DNA of 53,656 bases from Candidatus Dojkabacteria bacterium (GTDB lineage Bacteria > Patescibacteriota > Dojkabacteria > SC72): contig JAVEVH010000003.1 in NCBI GenBank assembly GCA_034005145.1, forward strand, positions 1-53,656, given 5' to 3'. The translations under genes and the position numbers were made by a program. Below the pieces are notes generated by a model that searched no databases, had not been told where the DNA came from, and saw only the letters and a program-made list of their open reading frames with translations. This document shows positions 1-9,230 of this stretch, one piece after another. Numbering within the stretch: the first letter of the stretch is position 1; the number at the start of each line of letters is the position of its first letter.

Positions 1-860
1 CTTCTCAATTAGATTTTGAAATAGAGGAAGAGACATTTAATGCTATTAAAGAAAGCTTACCTGTAGCAAAGCAGGTTTCAATGGAGAGAATTAGGGATGA
101 ATTTATGAAGTTACTTTTAAATTCTCCTAAGCCTTCTAAGGGTATAGAGTTAATGAGACAAACTGGCCTATTAAATATCTTTCTTCCAGAGTTACTAGAA
201 GGATATGGTGTTGAACAGAAGCTTTTTCATGCTCATGATGTATATACACACAGTATTAGGACATGTGATTTTGCGCAGGATTCTGTTAAGTTAGCTGCAT
301 TACTACATGATATTGCTAAACCTAGAACAGATATGGGTAATGGACACTTCTACGGTCATGATGTTGTTGGTGTAGAGATGGTAGAAACCATTTTGAAGCG
401 TTTAAAATTTTCTAAATCAGAGATAGAGAGGACTAAACTACTTGTTAAAAACCATATGTTTTACTACCCTCATTCCCAACTTGAAAGTAAGAAAGAGGGT
501 GAAATTTCTCTAAGTCAATGGAGTGATTCAGCTGTAAGAAGATTTTTAAATAGGGTAGGGGAAGAGAATGTTGAAGACCTTTTTAAATTAAGGATAGCGG
601 ATGCTACCTCTAATCCTAACTCACCATTCCAACCCGAAGAAATTACTGAGTTACAGAAACATATTTCCAAAGTAAGAGCACAGGATATGGCACTAAAGGT
701 AACAGATTTAGATATTAAGGGGGAAGATTTACAGGCAATAGGGGTTAAACCTGGTCCTCAGATGGGTAGTATATTAAAAAGATTACTAGATATCGTTATC
801 GAGGACCCTTTAATGAATACAAAAGAGAAACTGTTGGATGAAGCTAAGCATATGTTGTAA
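1..860 (+). CDS. cca: CCA-adding enzyme / tRNA nucleotidyltransferase, C-terminal part with HD domain (5' end lies outside the window)
   Basis: The frame is open from base 3 (SQLDFEIEEETFNAIKESLPVAKQVS precedes the listed Met), so the gene starts upstream of the window. HD-domain motifs HAHDVYTH and LLHDIAKP are present, with a tail typical of the poly(A) polymerase/CCA family. Confidence 0.8.
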   Translation, partial: SQLDFEIEEETFNAIKESLPVAKQVSMERIRDEFMKLLLNSPKPSKGIELMRQTGLLNIFLPELLEGYGVEQKLFHAHDVYTHSIRTCDFAQDSVKLAALLHDIAKPRTDMGNGHFYGHDVVGVEMVETILKRLKFSKSEIERTKLLVKNHMFYYPHSQLESKKEGEISLSQWSDSAVRRFLNRVGEENVEDLFKLRIADATSNPNSPFQPEEITELQKHISKVRAQDMALKVTDLDIKGEDLQAIGVKPGPQMGSILKRLLDIVIEDPLMNTKEKLLDEAKHML

Positions 861-893
861 TATTAGAATAATTAATTTTGTTAACTGCCTGAT

Positions 894-2321
894 ATGAAAT
901 TGAAATTCTGTGGAGCTGCCAGAACAGTTACAGGTTCCTGTTACTATGTGGATACTGGTTCGTACAAATTTTTAGTAGATTGTGGTGCTTTCCAAGGTAA
1001 GGATAACTTAGATGCTCTTAATTATGAGCCTTTTCCATTTGATCCTACTCAGTTAGATGCAATATTTCTAACACATGCTCACTATGATCACTGTGGAAGG
1101 ATTCCCATACTAGTTAAACAGGGATTTAAGGGTCGAATTATTGGTACTCAACCTACAAGAGATTTAGCTAAAATAGTGTTGTTAGATTCTACTAAATTAC
1201 AACAAGAAGAGTATGAAAGATGGCAATCTAAAAGTAAGATGCAAAAACCTTCGACAAATCTCTCGGAGGAAGGTTCTCTATATGCTGAGAGAAAGCCTCT
1301 TTTTTCTGAAGCAGATGTAGAGGGTATGTTTGAGCTTTTTGATGTATATCCATACGGATCATCTATTGATTTAAAGAAAGGGGTTGAATTTAGAATGAGA
1401 GATGCAGGACATATATTAGGATCTGCTATGATTGAATTCTGGATTAAGACTGCTGAGGGTAGAGATAGGAAGATTGTATTTAGTGGAGACTTAGGACAGC
1501 CAGGTGCAAGGATTGTAAGAGACCCTGATTTAGTAAGAGAGGCAGACTATGTAATATGTGAGGCTACATACGGTAATAGGTTGCATAAAAATAAAGATGA
1601 AACTGTATTAGAATTGCTTTCCATATTAAAACAGGCTCAAGAAGAGGGTGGTAATGTTTTAATTCCATCTTTTGCAATTGAAAGAACTCAAGAGCTTCTG
1701 TATGAGATTAATCTTTTTGTTGAGAATAAACTACTTAATAACATAGAGGTGTATTTAGATAGCCCTATGGCATCTAAGGCGACATCTGTTTTTAAACAGT
1801 ATCCAACTTTCTATGATGAAGATGCTAGAAGATTACTAGAAAAAGGAGATGATCCATTTCATTTCCAAGGGTTAGTTGCAGTTGATTCTGCAGAAGAATC
1901 TAAGAGATTGATCTCTAAAAAGGGAGTAGTCATTATTGCTGGTAGTGGAATGTGTACTGGAGGAAGGATAGTACATCATATTAAGAATCATATAGAGAAA
2001 GAAAATACTCATATGATTTTTGTTGGATATCAAGTAGATGGTACATTGGGTAGAAAGATTGTAGAGAAAAGCCCTGAGATTAGAGTAATGGGACAGAGAT
2101 TAGAAGTAAAAGCACAGATTCATACCTTAGGAGGATTTTCTGCTCATGGAGATCAAAGAGATTTAAGATATTGGTTAAGAAGTTTTGGTCACTCTCCAAA
2201 AAAGATTTTCATTGTACACGGTGATGAAGAAATCGCTATTGGTTTTGGCAGTAATATTAAATCTGAATTAGGAATAGATGTTGATGTACCTAAATTAAAT
2301 GAAGAGTTTGAGCTTAAGTAA
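894..2321 (+). CDS. beta-CASP family metallo-beta-lactamase-fold RNA-metabolising nuclease
   Basis: HxHxDH motif in LTHAHYDHCGRIP, a beta-CASP-like middle region, and C-terminal GGFSAHGD and IVHGD blocks, as in CPSF/RNase J-like nucleases. Confidence 0.8.
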   Translation: MKLKFCGAARTVTGSCYYVDTGSYKFLVDCGAFQGKDNLDALNYEPFPFDPTQLDAIFLTHAHYDHCGRIPILVKQGFKGRIIGTQPTRDLAKIVLLDSTKLQQEEYERWQSKSKMQKPSTNLSEEGSLYAERKPLFSEADVEGMFELFDVYPYGSSIDLKKGVEFRMRDAGHILGSAMIEFWIKTAEGRDRKIVFSGDLGQPGARIVRDPDLVREADYVICEATYGNRLHKNKDETVLELLSILKQAQEEGGNVLIPSFAIERTQELLYEINLFVENKLLNNIEVYLDSPMASKATSVFKQYPTFYDEDARRLLEKGDDPFHFQGLVAVDSAEESKRLISKKGVVIIAGSGMCTGGRIVHHIKNHIEKENTHMIFVGYQVDGTLGRKIVEKSPEIRVMGQRLEVKAQIHTLGGFSAHGDQRDLRYWLRSFGHSPKKIFIVHGDEEIAIGFGSNIKSELGIDVDVPKLNEEFELK

Positions 2322-2322
2322 T

Positions 2323-3267
2323 ATGAGTGTTAAACAGATTTTAGATATAGAAAAAGATATAAAAGAATTGAACATACAGGGTGCAACCAATGTTGCCATT
2401 GCTACATTGGAAGGTATGAAAATTTTCATTGAAGAGAGTAATGTATCAGATAAAGAGCTGTTTTACAAAGAGTTAGAAAGAGTAGGTAATAAATTAGCTA
2501 ATGCTAGATTGAATGAACCCTTGGCACGAAATGGAGTTAAGTATGTAACTCATCTGTTTAAAAAGAAGAAGGATGATTTACACTCCATTAATGATATGAA
2601 ACAGCAGCTGTTAGACTACTGTGATGAATACCTTTTTAAGATATCTGATTCCAAGAGAAGTATAATTGAATTAGGTCTTCCATATGTTAAACATTTTGAA
2701 AATGTTCTTACTCATTGTCACTCATCTACTGCAGTAGCAATATTGAAAGGAATAGGGGGATTAAATAGTTCATTTGATGTTGTTTGTACAGAAACTAGAC
2801 CTCTTTTTCAGGGTAGAACTACTGCTAAAAGTCTTTTAGATGACGGTATTTCTACCACTATGATAGCTGATAGTGCTGCAGAGTCTTTTATAATAGGAAG
2901 GGGTTCTGTTTCTATAGATGCAATCTTTATTGGATGCGATCAGATTACTCTAGATGGATACTGTATAAATAAGATTGGAAGTTGGGGTATAGGGATGGCA
3001 GCTAACTTAGCAAGTAAGCCGTTATATGTAGTTTCACCACTTTTAAAGGTTGATCCATATATTAAAGCTAAAGATATTTCTATAGAAATTCGTGAAGATG
3101 ATGAATTATGGAGTGAGGCACCAAAGGAGCTTAAGATGTTTAACCCTGCCTTTGAGATAGTTGATGCAAAACTTATTACTGGTTTTATGACCGAATTTGG
3201 TATTATTAAACCAGAAGAGATTCATGATATTGTTAGAGCTAAATATACATGGCTTTTTGATGATTAA
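2323..3267 (+). CDS. ribose-1,5-bisphosphate isomerase (eIF-2B alpha/beta/delta-like, e2b2 type)
   Basis: Blocks THCHSSTA, TETRPLFQGR and GCDQIT.DG..INKIGS; about 315 aa. The listed ORF starts at 2299 inside the upstream gene. The ATG at 2323 lies 1 nt after the upstream stop and is the likelier start. Confidence 0.7.
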   Translation: MSVKQILDIEKDIKELNIQGATNVAIATLEGMKIFIEESNVSDKELFYKELERVGNKLANARLNEPLARNGVKYVTHLFKKKKDDLHSINDMKQQLLDYCDEYLFKISDSKRSIIELGLPYVKHFENVLTHCHSSTAVAILKGIGGLNSSFDVVCTETRPLFQGRTTAKSLLDDGISTTMIADSAAESFIIGRGSVSIDAIFIGCDQITLDGYCINKIGSWGIGMAANLASKPLYVVSPLLKVDPYIKAKDISIEIREDDELWSEAPKELKMFNPAFEIVDAKLITGFMTEFGIIKPEEIHDIVRAKYTWLFDD

Positions 3268-3284
3268 TTTAAAATATTAAAAAT

Positions 3285-4793
3285 ATGGCACTATACCTTA
3301 AGAGTAAGAAATTTGATCTAGGAGCAGGTAAAAACTTGTTTGTTTTGATGAATAGTGAGGATGCTGATGATCTAGGAGTTAAGGAAGGAGAGATCCTTTT
3401 ACTAGGTTTTAAGGATGTAGAACTTTACGTAAAAGTTATAATAACTGAGAGTGAGGTAATGCAAGGAGAAGTGGGTCTGTATGAGGAATTAACAGAGGAA
3501 TATCATATCCCAGAGGGTAGAAAGATACTACTTGATATACCAGCTCCTACTAAGTCACTTGATGCTCTTAGGAAAAAGATCTCTGGCCATAGGCTAAATG
3601 AGGAGGAATTACTCTCCATTATGGAAGATATAGGGTCTAGGAGGCTTAAGGAGACGGAGGTAGCATTTTTTGTAGCTACTTTCTTTAGTCCAGGTTTTGA
3701 TGATGATGAGATTACTTGGATGACAAAAGGCATGGCCCAATCAGGAGAGATTTTAGACTTTAAATATATAAAAGATAATAAAGGATTAGTAATTGATAAG
3801 CATTCAATAGGTGGAACAGCAGGTAAAGGTATTACTCCAACCTTAGTTCCAATATTAGCAGCAGCTGGTTTGGTAGTACCCAATACATCTACAAGAGCAA
3901 TTACTTCTCCAGCAGGTACCACGGATATTTTAGAGAGTGTAATGCCTGTGTCGCTGACTAAAGAGCAAGTATATGAGGTTGTAGAGAAAACAGGTGCTTG
4001 TATGATATGGGGAGGCTCCCTCTATTTAGCTCCTGCTGACGATGAAATCATTAATGTAGAGAGGTCTTTAAGGATACAGGAATTCCAGAAGGTATTAGTA
4101 AGTATAGTTGCTAAGAAAATAGCAATGGGGTCTACATTTGTTCTAATAGATTTACCATATGGTAAGGGTACTAAATTAGAGAAGCCAGATGATCTAGAAT
4201 TTTTAAGTAGAGAATTTGAGAAACTCTTCCATAGGTTTGGTATAAAGTGTGTAACATACAAAAGGATAGTTAAGGGTCCAGATGGTAATGGAGTAGGTCC
4301 TCTACTAGAAATGAAGGAGTGTTTGAAGGTACTTGAAAGAGATGAGAAACGTTCAGAGGCACTAGAGGATGTAGTAGTAGAGATGGCAGCCATAATATTT
4401 GAGAACAACGGTAAGGCACAAAAGGGTATGGGTAAAAAAGTTGCACTAGAGCTATTAGATTCAGGAAAAGCATTAAAGAAATTCTGGGATATAGCTAAGG
4501 CACAAGGAGAAAAGAATGTAATTAAGTCTTCTGATATCAAACTTGGTTCTCTCACACATGAAGTTAAAGCTACTAAAAGTGGAGAGATAAAGAGTATATG
4601 GACAAGAGAAATAGTAGAAGTTGCTAGATCATTGGGTACTCCAAAGATTAAAGAAGCAGGTATATATTTCAATAAGATGCAGGGAGATAAGGTAGTAAAG
4701 GGAGATACTCTTATGACTCTATACGCTACTACAAAAGATAGAATGGAAGATGGTATTAAGGCTGTTGATTTGGAGAAATTCTTTGAGATTTAG
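3285..4793 (+). CDS. deoA: AMP phosphorylase (archaeal-type DeoA, thymidine phosphorylase family)
   Basis: Thymidine phosphorylase core (DKHSIGGTAGKGITP) preceded by the extra ~85-aa N-terminal domain. The ~500 aa length is typical of AMP phosphorylase. It sits adjacent to the R15P isomerase. Confidence 0.75.
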   Translation: MALYLKSKKFDLGAGKNLFVLMNSEDADDLGVKEGEILLLGFKDVELYVKVIITESEVMQGEVGLYEELTEEYHIPEGRKILLDIPAPTKSLDALRKKISGHRLNEEELLSIMEDIGSRRLKETEVAFFVATFFSPGFDDDEITWMTKGMAQSGEILDFKYIKDNKGLVIDKHSIGGTAGKGITPTLVPILAAAGLVVPNTSTRAITSPAGTTDILESVMPVSLTKEQVYEVVEKTGACMIWGGSLYLAPADDEIINVERSLRIQEFQKVLVSIVAKKIAMGSTFVLIDLPYGKGTKLEKPDDLEFLSREFEKLFHRFGIKCVTYKRIVKGPDGNGVGPLLEMKECLKVLERDEKRSEALEDVVVEMAAIIFENNGKAQKGMGKKVALELLDSGKALKKFWDIAKAQGEKNVIKSSDIKLGSLTHEVKATKSGEIKSIWTREIVEVARSLGTPKIKEAGIYFNKMQGDKVVKGDTLMTLYATTKDRMEDGIKAVDLEKFFEI

Positions 4794-6612
4794 CCCTCCT
4801 TATTAATACTGTAATAAGGGAGAGTAACAATATTAGCAATATTAGTACTACTAGTATTGGTAATATTATTATAAATGCTTTTCCGATAGTTGTAGTTTTT
4901 ACTAATATATTTAGAGTATCTTTTACATTCATATCTTCTTGCTCAGATGCAATATCACTGTATGAGAGTAGGGTATCTGTTTCAGGTATGTCTTTTTGTT
5001 CTACAGCGTAAACTTGAATAGAGTAGTTTTCTTTGGTAAAGGTATCTAAGTCTATACTATCTGCAGTATATACTCCTAAGTTAGTATCATCATCACTAAA
5101 GAAGCTCTCCCAAAGTACTGAATCTAAATTAGTACCAATTTGCATATTAACACTCTCATATGAAGGATCAATACTTAACCATCCATACTCAGGTACCCAT
5201 ACCTGTACCCATTGGTGTGGTACATTATCATCATCTGTTTTCTCTTCAATACCAATATAACCAACAGCAGCTCTAGAGGGAATACCCTGTGCACGAAGTA
5301 GGGCAATCATAGAGTCAGAGTACTCCATACATACAGAAGCTCCTCCTTGTAGTGCTGCTTTTGCCCCAATTCTTTCATTACTACTCTCTGCTTTTTCATT
5401 GTCATACTCTAATACCTCATTTATATATCCATATGTACTTCTAATTACATCTAAAAAGTATTCTTTCTCTTCTACTAGTTCGGATGCTTTAGATTGTATA
5501 AAGGAGTCTGTGGATTCCCAATACTTTGTAGGTAATAAATATTGAGAGAGTTTACTATCATTTTTTACAAGGTTTCTGTATTCAGAATATTTAAGATTAG
5601 GAACACTTCTCATATTCTCATACTCATCCTGTTCTAACCATATATATCCTGAGATTAGAATATCATTATCTTTGTTAGCAGGTACTTCGAAAGTACCTAC
5701 AACATTACCTTCTAAATCTATTGTTACCTTACTAGGTTTAGGATATATCTCCTCTATCATTACTCTTTGATTAGTTTCAGCGAACTCCCTTGGCAATGGT
5801 ACTTGATATATGTTTGTAGAAAGAGCACTAAGAGCAAAGGAGTATTTCTCAGGTACAATATTATCTGTCTTAGGAGCTTTTAAATTAATTTCAAATCTAA
5901 ATACTCTTGCTGTTCCAAATTCCAAATATACAGGTATCCCAACCCTGTCCTCTCCTTTAAAAGAGTAGGTTGTTTTAGAATCTTTTGTATTAGAGGTTGT
6001 GTATGTAGAAGGATATATCTTACTTAGAGGTGCTATCCCACTATCTACTACTAAATCTAAATTGTATTCAATCTTTGTAGTAGTACCAGAAACCTCATCC
6101 TTTTGTGTAAACTGTGTATCCTCATGAAGAGCAGGTACCTGTATAGCTACCCAATCTTTTACATTACGCACATAGATATGAGTTTTGTAATTAAGATTAA
6201 CAACATATACAGAACCATATGTTGTTGTTTTGTAATTAGGTACATTAATATAAATACCCTGTCCTAATTCTAATTCCTCTACTGTATATGGTACTTTACT
6301 TCCTGTATTACTAGTTACCTCCAAGCTATCTAGTTTGTACTGTCTTTCTAATTCAATTTCGTAATCTTTACCCGAAGAGGAGTCTGGTATATGAAATATC
6401 TTTTCTCCCTTTGTTGAGAAAAGGTACTCCCTGTTATTTACCTTCCTTAAAAACTGAGTATCAACCTCTACATAATCTTTACCTGTTGTATAGTTTACTG
6501 TTGTAGTATTAATGAATTCAAAATCATATGTAACAGCATCTACCTTTGTAAAAAAGAGAAGTAGTAATGGTAAAAACAAGAATGTTTTTCTGAGCAGTTT
6601 GTACATTTCCAT
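4756..6612 (-). CDS. exported transglutaminase-like (Cys-His-Asp) protein with C-terminal membrane anchor
   Basis: Signal peptide LFLPLLLLFFTKVDA. Transglutaminase core GASVCMEYSDSMIALLRAQGIPSR ... PHQWVQVWVPEYGWLSIDPS. C-terminal TM helix plus RRAKSQR tail. Confidence 0.75.
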   Translation of the reverse strand: MEMYKLLRKTFLFLPLLLLFFTKVDAVTYDFEFINTTTVNYTTGKDYVEVDTQFLRKVNNREYLFSTKGEKIFHIPDSSSGKDYEIELERQYKLDSLEVTSNTGSKVPYTVEELELGQGIYINVPNYKTTTYGSVYVVNLNYKTHIYVRNVKDWVAIQVPALHEDTQFTQKDEVSGTTTKIEYNLDLVVDSGIAPLSKIYPSTYTTSNTKDSKTTYSFKGEDRVGIPVYLEFGTARVFRFEINLKAPKTDNIVPEKYSFALSALSTNIYQVPLPREFAETNQRVMIEEIYPKPSKVTIDLEGNVVGTFEVPANKDNDILISGYIWLEQDEYENMRSVPNLKYSEYRNLVKNDSKLSQYLLPTKYWESTDSFIQSKASELVEEKEYFLDVIRSTYGYINEVLEYDNEKAESSNERIGAKAALQGGASVCMEYSDSMIALLRAQGIPSRAAVGYIGIEEKTDDDNVPHQWVQVWVPEYGWLSIDPSYESVNMQIGTNLDSVLWESFFSDDDTNLGVYTADSIDLDTFTKENYSIQVYAVEQKDIPETDTLLSYSDIASEQEDMNVKDTLNILVKTTTIGKAFIIILPILVVLILLILLLSLITVLIRRAKSQRISPNQQP

Positions 6613-6650
6613 ATATCGATATATTACTTTAGAATTAACATCTTTGAAAG

Positions 6651-6659
6651 TGGTATAAT
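6651..6659 (+). promoter_or_regulatory. extended -10 promoter element TGgTATAAT upstream of ychF
   Basis: TGGTATAAT lies 35 nt upstream of the ychF ATG, in the divergent spacer. A weak AAAGGA sits just before the start. Confidence 0.5.
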
Positions 6660-6693
6660 TGGAATCTTAAAATATTAAGTAAGTACAAAGGAA

Positions 6694-7818
6694 ATGGAAA
6701 GTGTTACAAGGTCACATACACTCTCATTGGGTATTGTTGGATTACCAAATTCAGGTAAGAGTACTCTTTTTAATGCATTAACTAAAAAGTCTGTACCTGC
6801 TCAAAACTATCCATTCTGTACGATAGATAAGAATGTTGGAGTAGTGGAGATACCTGATAAGAGGTTAGAGAAAATGGCAGGTTTTTTTAAAGCACAAAAG
6901 GTTGTACCCTCTGCTATGACATTTGTAGATATAGCGGGATTAGTAAAGGGAGCATCTAAGGGGGAGGGGTTAGGTAATCAATTTCTTTCTCATATTAGAG
7001 AGGTAGATGTAATACTTTACGTATTAAGAGCATTTAAGAGTGAAGAGATTGTACATGTATATAACAGGGTAGATCCTGTTGATGATTTTGAAATAGTTCA
7101 ATCAGAATTAATAATTAAGGATATTGAGAGTGTAGAGAAAAGATATGATACGGTTAAGAGGAACTCTAGGCCGGGTGTAACAGATGAAATGCAACTAGAG
7201 TTAGATACACTCCAAAGTGTACTTAAGGGTTTAAATGAGGGTATACCAGCGATTGATATAAAGCTTACAGATGAACAGAGAGATATAGTTAGAGAATTAT
7301 GGTTACTTACTAATAAACAGAGAGTATTTATACTTAACTGTAAGGAAGGGTTAGAAGAAAATAAAATGGAAGAGTGGAAGAAGCAATTAGGAGAGATTTC
7401 TACTGATCCAAATCATACATATATCTTAGAAGTAGATGTAAAATTACTCTCTGATTTAGCTAGTATGGAGGAAGAGGAGTTAAATGAATATATAGAGTTG
7501 TTGGGTAAGCAGCCTATTACAGTAGAGGATGTCGTTATGAGTGCATATCATAGATTAAACCTAATTACCTTCTATACTGGTTCTGAAAAGGAGTGTAACG
7601 CATGGAGTATAGAGAGTGGTGCTAATATTAAGAGTGCAGCTAGTGTAATACATACTGATTTAGGTAAAAACTTCATTACAGCAGATGTAGTTAATGTGGA
7701 TGATATGATTGATATTGGTGGATGGAATAGGGCTAAGGAAGAGGGTTTAATTAGAAATCATGGAAAAGAGTATATTGTTAAGGATGGTGAATATATTGTA
7801 ATTTTAGCCAATACTTAA
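6694..7818 (+). CDS. ychF: ribosome-binding ATPase YchF
   Basis: P-loop GIVGLPNSGKSTLFNALT and DIAGLVKGAS, with a C-terminal TGS-like domain. Full-length YchF/OLA1 architecture. Confidence 0.9.
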   Translation: MESVTRSHTLSLGIVGLPNSGKSTLFNALTKKSVPAQNYPFCTIDKNVGVVEIPDKRLEKMAGFFKAQKVVPSAMTFVDIAGLVKGASKGEGLGNQFLSHIREVDVILYVLRAFKSEEIVHVYNRVDPVDDFEIVQSELIIKDIESVEKRYDTVKRNSRPGVTDEMQLELDTLQSVLKGLNEGIPAIDIKLTDEQRDIVRELWLLTNKQRVFILNCKEGLEENKMEEWKKQLGEISTDPNHTYILEVDVKLLSDLASMEEEELNEYIELLGKQPITVEDVVMSAYHRLNLITFYTGSEKECNAWSIESGANIKSAASVIHTDLGKNFITADVVNVDDMIDIGGWNRAKEEGLIRNHGKEYIVKDGEYIVILANT

Positions 7819-7885
7819 TAGAATTGTAATCTGTGATTTTTTCTGATAAAATCCATTCGCTAAGTTAAAATATAGATATATTTAG

Positions 7886-8242
7886 ATGTTGATAGAAAGA
7901 GACGTAAAATTAAAGACATATGAGTTAATGGTAGCACTTAAACCTTTGTTACCTGACGATTTAAGGAAGAGTATACATAAGGAGTTTACAGAACTTATGA
8001 GTAAGGATGGTGGAGAGGTTTTAGATGTAGATGTATGGGGTAAGAGATATCTCTCATACAAAATAGAGGGTCATAATGAAGGGTACTATATTGTTTATAA
8101 CTTTAAACATACTCCTAAGAATATAAATGAGATGAAAAGGTTATTACAATTAAAGCAGGAGATACTAAGATTTATGATAATAGAGGTTGATAATCCAGCA
8201 TTAGTAGGTAAGGGTATAAAGAAGAAAGAGATAGAGGTTTAG
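7886..8242 (+). CDS. rpsF: 30S ribosomal protein S6
   Basis: YELMVALKP ... DVWGKRYLSYKI ... GYY pattern. First gene of the rpsF-ssb-rpsR cluster. Confidence 0.85.
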   Translation: MLIERDVKLKTYELMVALKPLLPDDLRKSIHKEFTELMSKDGGEVLDVDVWGKRYLSYKIEGHNEGYYIVYNFKHTPKNINEMKRLLQLKQEILRFMIIEVDNPALVGKGIKKKEIEV

Positions 8243-8307
8243 TTCAATATTTTTTAATCTTTGGCTGTTAATATTAAAGGTAAGTTAAATTTATATACAC
8301 AAAAAAA

Positions 8308-8775
8308 ATGTCAGCAAGGTCTTTAAATAAAGTTCAGTTGATAGGTAACTTAACTAGGGAACCAGAGTTAAGATATACCACTGGTGGAACTCCAGTAGTA
8401 ACATTTGGTTTAGCAACTAATAGGTCTTGGAAAGATCAAAATGGAGAGACTAAAGAGGTTGCAGAATTTCATAATATCGTTGCTTGGAACAAAATGGCTG
8501 AGATATGCCAACAGTTATTAGCAAAGGGTATGAAGATATATGTAGAGGGATCACTAACTACCAGATCATGGGAGGCAGAAGATGGTTCTACAAGATATAA
8601 AACAGAAATCAGAGTTGATGATATGATTCTTTTGGATAGTAAGGGTAAACAGGGTGCAGGTTTAGATGAGCATAAAGAGGAAGTTGAGGAAAAAGAGGTT
8701 GAAGTAGAGGAAGAGATTCCAGAAGTAGAGGCTGCAGATGAGGATCCTTTAGAGGATACTGATTTACCATTTTAA
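8308..8775 (+). CDS. ssb: single-stranded DNA-binding protein
   Basis: OB-fold N-terminus NKVQLIGNLTREPELRYT and an acidic tail ending DTDLPF. Confidence 0.9.
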   Translation: MSARSLNKVQLIGNLTREPELRYTTGGTPVVTFGLATNRSWKDQNGETKEVAEFHNIVAWNKMAEICQQLLAKGMKIYVEGSLTTRSWEAEDGSTRYKTEIRVDDMILLDSKGKQGAGLDEHKEEVEEKEVEVEEEIPEVEAADEDPLEDTDLPF

Positions 8776-8793
8776 TTTGTATAATACTGAGTA

Positions 8794-9147
8794 ATGGACG
8801 AAGGGAAAATAGAAGAGAAGAAAAATTTAGTTACACCATCTTTAGATGATGTTTTTGATGAGAAGGTAGTTACTGAAGAAGAGAGTGATGATACCTATGG
8901 TGGAAAGAAAAAGCAGAGAAGAAGAAGAAAGATTGTACAAAATCTTTCCTGTCCATTATGTGATTCAGGTGTAAAGAGTGTCTCATACAAAGATGTATAT
9001 CAATTAAAGAAGTTTACATCTGTAAGAGGTAAGATAATATCTGTAGAGAAATCAGGAGCATGTCATAAGCATCAAAAGCAATTAAACAACGCTATTAAAA
9101 GAGCAAGATATATGGCACTTTTACCATATGTAGCTAAGGATGTTTAA
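8794..9147 (+). CDS. rpsR: 30S ribosomal protein S18 with N-terminal extension
   Basis: S18 core YKDVYQLKKFTSVRGKIIS ... AIKRARYMALLPYV, with ~45 extra N-terminal residues. CPLC ... CHKH residues flank the core. Confidence 0.85.
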   Translation: MDEGKIEEKKNLVTPSLDDVFDEKVVTEEESDDTYGGKKKQRRRRKIVQNLSCPLCDSGVKSVSYKDVYQLKKFTSVRGKIISVEKSGACHKHQKQLNNAIKRARYMALLPYVAKDV

Positions 9148-9169
9148 GTGTAATTAGTAAGTCAATATT

Positions 9170-9197
9170 AAGAGGCCTTAGGGCCTCTTTTTGTTTT
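9170..9197 (+). terminator. rho-independent terminator after rpsR
   Basis: AAGAGGCC-ttag-GGCCTCTT hairpin followed by TTTTGTTTT. Confidence 0.8.
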
Positions 9198-9230
9198 AAA
9201 ATTTCTCTTTTACTGGTAAACTATTTTGTA

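Noticed and set aside
3503-4672. The - strand ORFs (139, 216 and 67 aa) inside the AMP phosphorylase gene.
   Set aside because: The + strand frame has clear family motifs. The antisense products are low-complexity with no motifs. The same reasoning applies to the other listed antisense ORFs inside gyrA, dnaB, prfA, the recombinase, the 1213-aa gene and others.
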